In this document: in pieces, positions 12,348 to 23,778 of the stretch | Layout: each line of letters begins with the position of its first letter | How positions within the stretch are numbered: the stretch's first letter is position 1 | Assembly: GCF_006345805.1 (NCBI RefSeq) | Contig: NC_043015.1 | Coordinates: 1,488,001-1,552,000 of the forward strand | From: Octopus sinensis | Lineage: Eukaryota | Length of the DNA stretch: 64,000 nucleotides | Direction of reading: 5' to 3' | The notes under the pieces: model-generated | What the model was told of the DNA's origin: nothing | Database searches by the model: none | The model's input: only the letters and a program-made list of their open reading frames with translations | Program-made: the position numbers and the translations under genes

Positions 12348-12734
12348 AGTGGAGGCGCAATGGCCCAGTGGTTAGGGCAGCGGACTCGCGGTCGTAGGAT
12401 CGCGGTTTCGATTCCCAGACCGGGCGTTGTGAGTGTTTATTGAGCGAAAACACCTAAAGCTCCACGAGGCTCCGTCAGGGGTGGTGGTGATCCCTGCTGT
12501 ACTCTTTCACCACAACTTTCTCTCACTCTTACTTCCTGTTTCTGTTGTACCTGTATTTCAAAAGGCCGACCTTGTCACTCTCTGTGTCACGCTGAATATC
12601 CCCGAGAACTACGTTAAGGGTACACGTGTCTGTGGAGTGCTCAGCCACACGTTAATTTCACGAGCAGGCTGTTCCGTTGATCGGATCAACCGGAACCCTC
12701 GTCGTCGTAACCGACGGAGTGCTTCCATCCATCC
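12348..12734 (+). mobile_element. tRNA-derived SINE family B (tRNA-Arg-like head), full length with TSD
   Basis: A box TGGCCCAGTGG, B box GGTTTCGATTCC, anticodon-like TCG; 12-bp TSD ACTACTGAATTA at 12336-12347 and 12735-12746. Confidence 0.95.
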
Positions 12735-13008
12735 ACTACTGAATTAGCAATGAAATTCAGGCGTCTAGCCGGATTGAACCTTAGAAAATTCAGAACGAGA
12801 GAAGTAGAATCTATGTTGGTCTTTGGAGGATATTTGTCTTCAACAATTTAGACTACTGCTCCCAACTATGGTTACCATATACTGCAAAATTAAGAGCTGA
12901 ACTCGAAGCAAATGTTGTATTAAGACATTAAGTGGAAAAACACATAAATGGTAATATTTCTGCCTCGCCAACTCACATATGATTAAGCATACATCCATTC
13001 ATAGGAAT

Positions 13009-13387
13009 GGTGGAAGCACTCCGTCGGTTACGACGACGAGGGTTCCGGTCGATCCGAATCAACGGAACAGCCTGCTAGTGAAATTAACGTGTAAGTGGCT
13101 GAGCGCTCCACAGACACGTGTACCCTTAACGTAGTTCTCGGGGATATTCAGCATGACACAGAGAGTGACAAGGCCGGCCCTTTGAAATACAGGTACAACA
13201 GAAACAGGAAGTAAGAGTGAGAGAAAGTTGTGGTGAAAGAGTACAGCAGGGATCACCACCATCTCCTGCCGGAGCCTCGTGGAGCTTTAGGTGTTTTCGC
13301 TCAATAAACACTCACAACGCCCGGTCTGGGAATCGAAACCGCGATCCTATGATCCACTGCCCTAACCACTGGGCCATTGCGCCTCCA
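13009..13387 (-). mobile_element. SINE family B, full length with TSD
   Basis: Reverse complement is near-identical to 12348-12734 apart from a short head deletion and a few substitutions; TSD TTCATAGGAAT at 12998-13008 and 13388-13398. Confidence 0.95.
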
Positions 13388-13707
13388 TTCATAGGAATAT
13401 AGATGATAGTTCTCTACTCGTCCGACGAGCATCACCATCGTTGTCAGGTTCAAGTGTTAAGTGTCAGGAATTTTCGCGCTGCTATATTAAATCGAGTGGG
13501 GCTTGCACAACACCATGGTGACTCTCATTATCAATACCAAAATGCCCAGACACAAGCAAAGTGTTAGTTATTCGGATCAGTAAATGAGCGAGCTGTATAT
13601 CCTTGGAGAGACTCGTCTCCAGTAGGCTTTCTACGACTTCGTACAACAACACGAGTATTCTTTATATCCCGGTGCATACTTATATATATATATATACATA
13701 TATATAT

Positions 13708-14449
13708 AAATAATAGTTATCGCCATACTAATATGGCATTCTTATAAAAATAAGAATGAAGCTGTCCGCTTATTAGCTCCATGAGGCCATCGCCTTAAGT
13801 TAGCTATTTGATACACAAACTGTATCCATATAACCTTCGAACAAGGGAGGTCAGTCGCTCCACACTACTTGACCGGCAGCTACAGACGCGTTTCGTGGTA
13901 TTTTCTTTTTATATGGATACATTTTGTGTATCAAATAGCTAACTTAAGGCGATGGCCTCATGGAGCTAATAAGCGGACAGCTTTATTCTTATTTTTATAA
14001 GAATGCCATATTAGTATGGCGATAACTATTATTTTCCGGGAACGCTGCCGCTGTTCTCTTTTAGAGAGACTTAGTAATTTTAATATTTCTATTATTGAAA
14101 ACAAGTGGATGTATTCCACCGAAACTAGGTAAATAAAACCATCGAACAGAGATTGTCGGAAGCGACACCTACTGGCTGGCTACGCTGCATTGAAAAGGGG
14201 CAATACCCCGAAACGCGTCGTAGCTGCCGGTCAAGTAGTGTGGAGCGACTGACCTCCCTTGTTCGAAGGTTATATGGATACAGTTTGTGTATCAAATAGC
14301 TAACTTAAGGCGATGGCATCATGGAGCTAATAAGCGGACAGCTTTATTCTTATTTTTATAAGAATGCCATATTAGTATGGCGATAACTATTATTTTCCGG
14401 AACGCTGCCGCTATTCTCTTTTAGAGAGACTTAGTATTTTTAATATTTC

Positions 14450-14455
<6 letters not shown>
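13708..14455 (+). mobile_element. Penelope-pLTR/retrozyme-like element: 361-bp partial tandem with an inverted 5' arm
   Basis: Direct repeat 13910-14095 / 14271-14455 (period 361); 13708-13902 is the reverse complement of 14202-14395; both ends flanked by (TA)n; contains a hammerhead fold. Confidence 0.8.
14184..14224 (+). ncRNA. Type I hammerhead ribozyme with variant core U3-U-G-A-A-A8-A
   Basis: Stem I GCTGCA (14184-89) pairs with (T)GTAGC; core TTGAAAA (14190-96); stem II GGGG-CAATA-CCCC; GAAA (14210-13); palindromic ACGCGT helix III; GUC cleavage triplet (C14219). Confidence 0.7.
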
Positions 14456-14511
<56 letters not shown>

Positions 14512-14512
<1 letters not shown>

Positions 14513-14897
14513 GGCGCAAGAGTGGCTGTGTGGTAAGTAGCTTGTTTACCAACACACATTGTTCCGGGTTCAATCCCACTGCGTGGCACCTTGGGCAAGT
14601 GTCTTCTACTATACCCTCGGGCCGACCAAAGCCTTGTGAGTGGATTTGGTAGACGGAAACTGAAAGAAGCCTGTCGTATATATGTATATATATGTGTGTT
14701 TGTGTGTCTGTGTTTGTCCCCCTAGCATTGCTTGACAACCGATGCTGGTGTGTTTACGTCCCCGTCACTTAGCATTTCGGCAAAAGAGACCGATAGAATA
14801 AGTACTGGGCTTACAAAGAATAAGTCCCGAGTTGAGTTGCTCGATTAAAGGCGGTTCTCCAGCATGGCCGCAGTCAAATGACTGAAACAAGTAGAAA
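14512..14897 (+). mobile_element. tRNA-derived SINE family C (CORE-like segment)
   Basis: AGGCGCAAGAGTGGCTGTGTGG head, GGGTTCAATCCC B box, CACCTTGGGCAAGTG segment resembling the CORE-SINE motif, internal (AT/GT)n linker; homologous to 19230-19641. Confidence 0.9.
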
Positions 14898-15019
14898 AAA
14901 AAATATATATGTATATAATTACGTACATCAACACACATATAAAGACACACACATATACATGCACGCTTCTTTCATAAAGGCTTTCTCTCTTTAAAAATGT
15001 CTTTCTTTTGTAAAGGCTG

Positions 15020-15237
15020 ATACTTATTCTATCGGTCTGTTATGACAAAAAGCTAAGTTTCGGGGACGTAAACACACCAACACCGGTTTTCCAGTGGTGG
15101 TGAGTACAAACACATACACAAAGACACACACACAAATATATATATATTATAACATATTTACATACAAATTATATATATATAGTATATATATATATATATA
15201 TATATTATATATGTATGTATATATTTTATTATATATA

Positions 15238-15279
<42 letters not shown>

Positions 15280-15518
15280 TATATATGTATGTATGTAGTA
15301 TGTATATAGTTTATATATTATATATAGTATATTATATATATATATACATATATACGACGGGGTGTTTTCGGTTTCCGTCTACCAACTCTCCTCACATGGC
15401 TTTGGTCATTCTCCGAGTCTGTAGTAGAGACACTTGCCGAAGGTTCTACGCAGTGTAGTTGAACTCGGAATCATGAGGCTGGGAGCCGACATCTTACCAC
15501 CCAGCAACGCCTGCTCCT
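15020..15518 (-). mobile_element. SINE family C, diverged, with internal microsatellite expansion
   Basis: Head half at 15355-15518 and tail half at 15020-15112 match family C in reverse, separated by ~240 bp of (CA)/(AT) repeat. Confidence 0.75.
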
Positions 15519-16759
15519 ACAAACTTCCTCAAAACATTTATTTTTAAAAGACGATTATATTCATAGCTAAATATCCATCAAATATTTTCTCTCTTCTCAA
15601 TCTATTTCCCTATCCGCCATATTTATGACTTTCCTCTATTCTCAGATCATCATCATCATCATTATTATAATCATGTCTCTCTGTTGCATTCTTTCTCCTT
15701 CTCTTTCAATCATCTTTTGTATTTTGCTTATCCATCCTTTTCCCCTCTCTGTCTGTCTGTCTCCCGTGAAATCACATTAACAGACGATCACCGTCATTAT
15801 CATCATCATCATCAGCATAATGATCATAATCATCTGCGGTATTATGGGCTGTAATCACCATGATGATCAACCCCGCTGCTCCCGTCCACATCACCATCAA
15901 CACCACTACCACCACAACCACCACCACCTCCGCCACCACCACCACTACCACCACCACCACCACCACCACCTCCACTGCCATTACCACCACCACTACTACC
16001 ACCACCACCATCTTCCTCATCATCATCTGATGTGATGATCCATCAGACGTTAATCTAATCCGACATCTTACATATTCAGCACTCCTGACACGAACAATAA
16101 GCGTTGAATTACTCCTTTTGTGTGAGAACCAATGTAAACTAAAGAGAAGGGACATTTAACTCTCATTTAGGGGCTTACTGCACACCCAACCCCTATTGTG
16201 AGATCCTCACTAGTAAACCGATCTTAGATTTCAACACCATGATTTTTTTTCTTTTCTTGAATATAATTTTTTGTTTTTGATTTTTATTCTTATTATTCTC
16301 AGTTCCCTGTATTTATTTCTTAAAATATTCTTTTTCTTTATTCATTTTTATTTACTCTTTTGCAGGATTGTTGTATTTGTTGTTATTGTTTTTGCTGCTT
16401 TCGAAGTTGTTTTTGTTTCTTGTTAAGGTATTGGTTCCTTTCTTTCGCGTGGTTAAATTCTTCATTATATCTCCATTGACATACAAGTATATGTACAAAG
16501 CATATATGCAGTAATGTGTGTGTGTGTATTGGGAGAGTACTTGGAAACGAATATATATACATGTATAAATACATACACACACATACACACACAGTATACA
16601 CACAGACACACACATATATATTCTTTATTAAAATCAGCAAAAATATCTCAAAAACTGTTCTGTTATTCAAAGTTTCTTGTTCCCGTTCATCCGACGGACA
16701 GAATCATGAAACTGAGTTTTTATAAAATTTTTGCTGCTTTTTAAAAACCATATCACTCT

Positions 16760-16878
16760 GTCGATGAATTAAGTACCAGTTACGCACTGGGGTCGATGTA
16801 ATCGACTAAATACCTATGTCTCTCCTTGTTTGTCCCCTTTATGTTTAGCCCCTTGTGGGTAATAAAGAAATAGGTATT
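16760..16878 (+). mobile_element. SINE family A, 5'-truncated
   Basis: GTCGATGAATTAAGTACCAGTTACGCACTGGGGTCGATGTAATCGAC...AATAAAGAAATAGGTATT. Confidence 0.85.
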
Positions 16879-16927
16879 GGAGTACTATTTTTTTCACCTT
16901 ATTTCGCATTTATGTGTTTACTCTGGT

Positions 16928-16983
<56 letters not shown>

Positions 16984-17285
16984 TATATATATAATTAAGA
17001 GACAAATCGCTATTTAGTTATTCCATCATCAATACTAAAAAAGATATTATCTATAATAACCCCATAGAAATTAAATAAATATCTTATAATTATTATTCTA
17101 AAAATCTGATAACAAATCAAAATATTAAATTGACTACGTGCGTTTTTCAAATACGCACATACACACGCGCAGAAATATATGATATATAGTGAACTTTGAC
17201 CTAGCGTGCTAAATTGAAATGTTTTCCCCTTGTTAGCTTGGAATTATTACATTCCCTAACTATGAATAATATTGATATGTATGTA

Positions 17286-17332
<47 letters not shown>

Positions 17333-17743
17333 TCAGAAATCTCAATCAGAGATCGATTAAAAGGCATTTCAGAAGAGGGTATAGTATACAGGTTAGGTCC
17401 AGTATCAATAATTTATTGTTCAAAGTGTTGATCTTGCAGGGACGTTCTCGTGCAGGACTAATGCTTAGCGGCATTTCGTCCGTCTGTACAAGTACCGCCA
17501 TCGTCGATTTTGCCTTTTGTCCTTTCTGATTCGATAAAGTAAGTACCAGTTGAGCACTACGATCGATGTAAGGAAATTCCTCGACTCTCTGGTCATATTG
17601 GCCTTGCGCTAAAATTTGAAACCAATATTTTATTTATTCGCCTGGTGATACTTCCGAACAAAGTACCATGGTTTCAATGCGTTTCTGCTTCTTTTCAAAT
17701 ACACGCATACACACACGCCGCAGAAATATAGGCAAAGATATGC

Positions 17744-17791
<48 letters not shown>

Positions 17792-17801
17792 CATACTTGT
17801 A

Positions 17802-18044
17802 TTGGGTGAGTGCATAATTATTGCGGTTCTTTTAAAAATGTTCTCACCAAAAAAAACATTAACAAAAATAACAAAAAAAACTCTTAATGATTATTCCGGA
17901 GCTTATTCACCATCTACTTCAATTATCGCTTCCCATTTGCTTTGCAGACGGACAGACCGTTATTAAAAAATGATTTTGTTAAATATTGTATTTGTTGATT
18001 AAAATTTGTTGAAAAAATGCCGCAATAATTATGCACCAACCCAA
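17802..18044 (-). mobile_element. Mariner-derived MITE (~243 bp)
   Basis: TIRs TTGGGTGAGTGCATAATTATTGCGG / CCGCAATAATTATGCACCAACCCAA (Hsmar1/MADE1-like); TA on the left; internal remnant LQSKWEAIIEVDGE of a mariner C-terminus on the minus strand. Confidence 0.85.
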
Positions 18045-18481
18045 CATATATTTATATACATATACATATATGTGTATAAATATGCATAGCTATACATACA
18101 TAATGCTATAATTACATAGCACATGTGCGTATGTAACACACACACATATATACATGCATTCAAACATGCATGTATTTACATATGCACACACATTCAAACA
18201 TATTTTGTTAGATAAAAACTGTCTATGAATAAATGGTCTGCAAATCTACATCTATCTCTATATAATATAACACTGTGTAAAACAATTAACAATTAACAAT
18301 TAACTATTGCACCTGACGCCTGTGTTGTATAGTGTGTATTTCTGTATGCGCGTGCGTCCGTATATCTATGTTTGTATGTATGTATGTATATATGTATGTA
18401 TATGTATTTTGGTGTGTGACAATCGACTAGGTCGACCCTAGTACGCATGTATGTATGTATATATATATATATAATATATAT

Positions 18482-18526
<45 letters not shown>

Positions 18527-18551
18527 TATATATTATATATATATATATCCA

Positions 18552-19125
18552 CGATGTGGTATCAAAATGTTCCCAGACTAGTAATGCTTAATAGAATAAA
18601 TGCTTATTTACCTAAGTTTTAACGTTGTCTCCGAAATATTTTTTGCTTGGACAGCAGTACACCGGTTCCAGCCTTTCTGACATTTTTGGAATTCGGCCTG
18701 GAAGCTGTTTGCCGCCAGGATGGGGGAACCTTTTCTTGATGCACGATACTACATCTCCGAGGGTAACGTTCATGACATGTCTTCCAGATTGTTCATCATC
18801 ATCCAGGGTAAGTTCTTCCGCTTTTGAAGCGCCCATGCCACTCACTACATTGCGTTCGACCCATTACATTACTTCATCACCGTAACCTTGCCGAAACTTG
18901 CCCAGTGCCTCTGTACACTTAGTTTAACGCAAAATTTTACGTTGTCACAAAATCACAGACTACAGCATACATATGATCCAAAAACGAAAATATCACAACT
19001 TGCGAAATAAACACAGCTATGTCACACGGCACAGAGTCTCATGTATGTCCTTATCCACAAAACCGTGGGCTTCCAACTGTTGGCGCGGTGCACAACTAGC
19101 CCGCGAACGTTTTGATACCCTGTCG
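18552..19125 (-). mobile_element. Internally deleted mariner element
   Basis: ~30-bp imperfect TIRs (CGATGTGGTATCAAAATGTTCCCAGACTAG / CTAGCCCGCGAACGTTTTGATACCCTGTCG|TA); minus-strand remnants of the N-terminal region (YGDEV, WHGRFKSG, LDDDEQSGR) and of the C-terminus (W.RC....YFGDN). Confidence 0.8.
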
Positions 19126-19136
19126 TATATAAATAC

Positions 19137-19173
<37 letters not shown>

Positions 19174-19229
19174 TGAAAATATACATATATATGTATGAAG
19201 GTGTGTGTACATATATAAAAGAAACAGAC

Positions 19230-19641
19230 AGGCGCAGGGGTGGCTGTGTTTTAAGTAGCTGGCTTACGATCCACATGATTCCGGGTTCAGCCCCACTGCG
19301 TGGTACCCTAGGCAAGTGTCTTCTACTATAGCCTCCGGCTGACCAAAGCCTTGTGAGTAGATTTGGTAGACGGAAACTGAAAGAAGCCTGTCGTATATAA
19401 ATACATACATACATATATGTGTGTATGTGTGTGCGTGTGTTTGTGTGTGTGTGTGTGGGTGTGTATATGTTTGTGTGTCTGTGTTTGTCCCCCCAACACC
19501 GCTTGACAACCGATAGTGGTGTGTTTACGTCCCCGTAACTTAGCGGTTCGGCAACATAGACCGATAGAATAAGTACTATGCTCGACTAAAGGTGGTGCTC
19601 CAGCATGGGCGCAGTCAAATGACTACAACAAGTAAAAAGAG
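19230..19641 (+). mobile_element. SINE family C
   Basis: Colinear with 14512-14897; internal repeat linker is longer (~88 bp). Confidence 0.9.
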
Positions 19642-19754
19642 ACAGACAGACAGAGCAATAGATAAGCAGATACATATTCATATTTGCAAAAAATACATAT
19701 ATATTTATGTGTCTATAAACACATGCATCTACGCGCACGAACGCACGTAGGCAC

Positions 19755-19838
<84 letters not shown>

Positions 19839-21149
19839 CATACGAATCTTCACTCCGTATATTCAATTTCAAAACATATCTTCAAACGTTTTCTTTTTTC
19901 TTTTGAATCTTCTTTTTTACTTCCACCTTCCTATTTTGATACGAAGCCACACCAGCGAATATACTTCCCTCAACTTAGCGTCATTATCAGCAAGACATTG
20001 ATCTATACTTAAATATATCTAATGCTAAAATATTCAGTCAAATTAGTCGACTGTTTTTTTTTTTGTTTTTTTTTAAAAACATCGATCTGTTTATGTGTAG
20101 TCCTGTAGAGAAAATTGTATTCGTAGCCGTTCCCGTTTTGAAAATAGCAACAACAAAGAAGTTTATATATTTATTTTTTTTCAAAGACAGACAGACATTG
20201 AATTAATGCATTCCTTTGAGTCGAGGTTGTTTTTCTCAAGACAGGAGTATCCTATGAATTAGAGGAATGTACTTTGAATATTACGTTTTGTCATCCGGTT
20301 CAGAGATTTTCGACGTTCCTGATGAAAACATTTAGAGCCAGTTTTTCAAGAACTTCTAAATCTAAATGAATTAGTACATGGAGAAGAATGTTTAGACTGC
20401 CATGCCTTGATAGAATGTCAGCCAGTGCATAACGCAAGATATTCGATTCATGTTTGATTATGTTTTTGATACTCTGATGGGACCAGAGCTAGAATCATTA
20501 ATCAAGAACAATGCTTACCGAAACATAACTTACCGATCTTTACCTTTTCTTGTTCTTTATTTCTTGTCTTGGTTGCCATGTGCACATTGATCGGGTTTTA
20601 GAAATGTTCCCAGCTCTTTCAACAAATGCTGGGTGAACAGGAAAAGATGTAACCGATAGAGCACACCAAAAGAAAACTGGCGCTTGATGTGCAATCATGC
20701 ACGCAATGGTCTACACCTAACTATAAAATATCTGTCGAAAAATATTTTGTTGCAGAAGTAATTGTCAAATCTTATGGGCACTGTCACTATTTTATTCTCA
20801 GTTTTTGATACAAAATTTATTTGAGTATTAACATCCATGATTCGGATTTAAAATGCACCCTGCAAATAATCATCCGCTCTCACGTAAATCATACAACTTT
20901 CTTTTCAGACGTAATTTTATCTCTCTTTGACTCTAATTTATTTCTACTGTTCATCTCAACATTTTGTTTCCAAGCTTTCTTCTTAATTGTCTTGATGTAA
21001 GTTTGGCTATCTGATCTGCCCATCTCTTGTGTCACTAATATTGATTTCAACAACGACTCCCATGTTGTTCAGACAAGAATTGTCCCAGTATGACCGCCGC
21101 TGCATGGCTGAAACGAATAAAAGAACACACACACACACACACACACGCA

Positions 21150-21266
<117 letters not shown>

Positions 21267-21269
21267 ACA

Positions 21270-21643
21270 TATAAGGGATGGCCATAATAGGACATACAAC
21301 TCACTTGAAAGAGCAGTTAAACCCCAAACCACTAATAGTTGTAATTCTGAAGTGGAAAGAGAAATAAAAACGTTTTCCCTATCCTTTCTGGACTATGCAT
21401 AGTTTCGGCAATATTTTTGTAAATGAAATAAATTTATTTACGACTGGCGTTGCCTCTTCAGCAGAAAGCCAAGGACTAGCATATAGGCACGAGCCGATAA
21501 TAACCATGCCTCGAGTCTATATACTATAACTTTTCAAAATCTCTTATATGTTTGAATGTATATTAAATAGTCTCTTGACTATCTTTTCTTTCTCATTTGA
21601 CCGCTGGTAGCGGAGAATTTTTTCTAGAATTTTTGCAACCCTA
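21270..21643 (+). mobile_element. Old interspersed repeat, probable MITE (body plus right TIR)
   Basis: Body matches 7700-7960; ends ...TTTTGCAACCCTA, inverted relative to TAGGGTAGCA at 7597. Confidence 0.5.
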
Positions 21644-21653
21644 AAATTTATTA

Positions 21654-21684
<31 letters not shown>

Positions 21685-22275
21685 CGAGTGCTGAAAAGTA
21701 CCTGGCTTTGGGTAAAGAAAATAGAGGAGGATCAGTTCATTATGATTTTATTCAACACTAGCAGTATCGCCCGGCGTTGCTCAGGTTTGTAAGGGAAATA
21801 ACTATAAAGCATTTTTAGAGAGTTATAGCCAAAAAATAGCAAAAAAATGGGAAAAAAATGATGGTAATTTTTTTTGAGAGTTAAAAAGGTGGAGTTGCGT
21901 CCCCTAGACGGTCTGTGGTTTGGGTTTCTGATTCTCGACCCCATGTCGAATTTATCGATTTTTTTCAGAACTGGGGGAACTTTTCAAAATTTTCGCTGCA
22001 TTAGTTTTGAATTATGACATTGGGCTATGCGTGTGTCAAGTTTCATCAGAATCGGTTGAAAGCCGTGGTCAGGGTGAGGGTACGAGAAAACAGAGACACA
22101 GAAACACGCACAGACAAACTGCCGTTTATATATAGAGAGATATTCGCCTCTCAGATTCACATATTACAGCGATCCCTCAGTTTTTCTAAGAACCGTAAAA
22201 TAACTCAGAAATGTTGGCCTCCAACCAGGCCTTTCGCGACTACCTTACAGTCAGTAACTCTTCAGCACCCCTTCT
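21685..22275. mobile_element. Mariner-type MITE split by a Helitron insertion
   Basis: TA|CGAGTGCTGAAAAGTACCTGGC ... GTCAGTAACTCTTCAGCACCCCTTCT|TA form imperfect TIRs with TA flanks; the halves rejoin at CAACA|TATTC when 21758-22140 is removed. Confidence 0.75.
21758..22140 (-). mobile_element. Non-autonomous Helitron (383 bp)
   Basis: Minus strand A|TCTCTCTATATATAAAC ... GCAACGCCGGGCGATACTG-CTAG|T: 5' TC, 3' CTAG, GC-rich subterminal palindrome, A|T target without TSD. Confidence 0.85.
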
Positions 22276-22965
22276 TATATGAACGCACACATCGATATTC
22301 ATGCATAGATGTTATGCACACACCCGTTTGCGTACGTCGTCATAAATAGTATTTTTTGCGTGTACTGAACATGTGCCGTACCTATATGTCGTACAGGTTC
22401 GCAAGCTCCCATATATCAGAAACAGACAGCGAGAGAGAATGAGAGAGGGGTTACAGGGAGAGTTCGTGACAGACAGAGCGAGGGCGGGAGAAAGAGAGAG
22501 AGAGAAAGATATGAGGGGTGAATGTCTTCTCATTTAAAATATCTTCTTTCTTGCTTTTTTCTTCTTTTTTTTTCTCCTTTCTTCAACTTCCCCTTCAAAA
22601 TCTCCTTCTCCTCCAGTTAACTTTTAATTTGCAGCCACGGTACATGTTCCACTATAAATTTGTCACTATTTTCTTTATATACTTCTGTGTGTCTGTGTTT
22701 GCGTATGTGAATGTATACACATGTATATACGTGCGTGCGGGTATATATTTATTTTTGCTTATTTGTTTGTTTGTTTGCGTGTGTTTCTACGCATTTGTTA
22801 ATAGTTTTGTTTGTACACATGCATATATATATATGCATATTCGTTTGTATAGTTATGTGTGAGTATATGCGTATATACATACATATACACATATACTCAC
22901 ACACATTTATATATATATATATATACATACATAGATACATATGTACACATACGCAACTATATATA

Positions 22966-23058
<93 letters not shown>

Positions 23059-23306
23059 GTATGTATATGTGTGCATATAAGTTTGTGTGTGTTTCAGATG
23101 TCAGTATATGTATGTGCATATGTGTGTATGTTTCTATGTGCATGTTTGAATGTAAAGAAGAAGTCGATAGGGAGGAAACTGGCTGCCATGGATGTGGGTT
23201 GTGCGGGTCGAATAATCATGTTTTCGTTGTTTTTCTTGTTTTATTTTTTGCATTTTCCTCCTGTTTTTATTCCACTACCCTTTTTTTAGGTTTACATTTA
23301 ATTTTA

Positions 23307-23370
<64 letters not shown>

Positions 23371-23643
23371 TCTCATTTCAATTTCTATTATCCTTCGTTT
23401 TACAAAACATTCACAAAAGACTAAATCTCTGAATTATTTCAACTCGGTTAATACCGAAGACGATGGCGGAAATTACCGAGCGAAACTATAGTTTGTTACA
23501 CACTACCCATGCGTGCTTGCGCTCGCTACCGCGCCCTATCACTTCTCGCCTCCTCAATTCCAGGAGGACCGAAATGTCTGTTTTGTTCCATCATCATCAT
23601 CATAATCATCATCGTCACCATCATCATCATCTCCGTTGTCAAC

Positions 23644-23697
<54 letters not shown>

Positions 23698-23735
23698 GTT
23701 GTATGTTGTTATTCTTCTTCTTCTTCTTCTTCTTC

Positions 23736-23768
<33 letters not shown>

Positions 23769-23778
23769 ACATAATTAA

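Larger units (their letters stand above)
12100..13560 (+). mobile_element. Decayed CR1/L2-group LINE RT C-terminal region, interrupted by two SINEs
   Basis: Remnant peptides NNMQLNAGNFQALR (~12240-12285) and FRTREVESMLV/LWRIFVFNNLDYCSQLWLPY (~12789-12880); LDYCSQLW is typical of CR1-group RT C-termini. Boundaries approximate. Confidence 0.65.

Noticed and set aside
12351-12425. tRNA-Arg-like sequence as a real tRNA gene
   Set aside because: It continues into a 300-bp SINE body, is flanked by a TSD and has a second copy nearby; it is a SINE head.
20317-20360. CTGATGA with AAAAC/GTTTT pairing
   Set aside because: No GAAA-N-UH half; not supportable.
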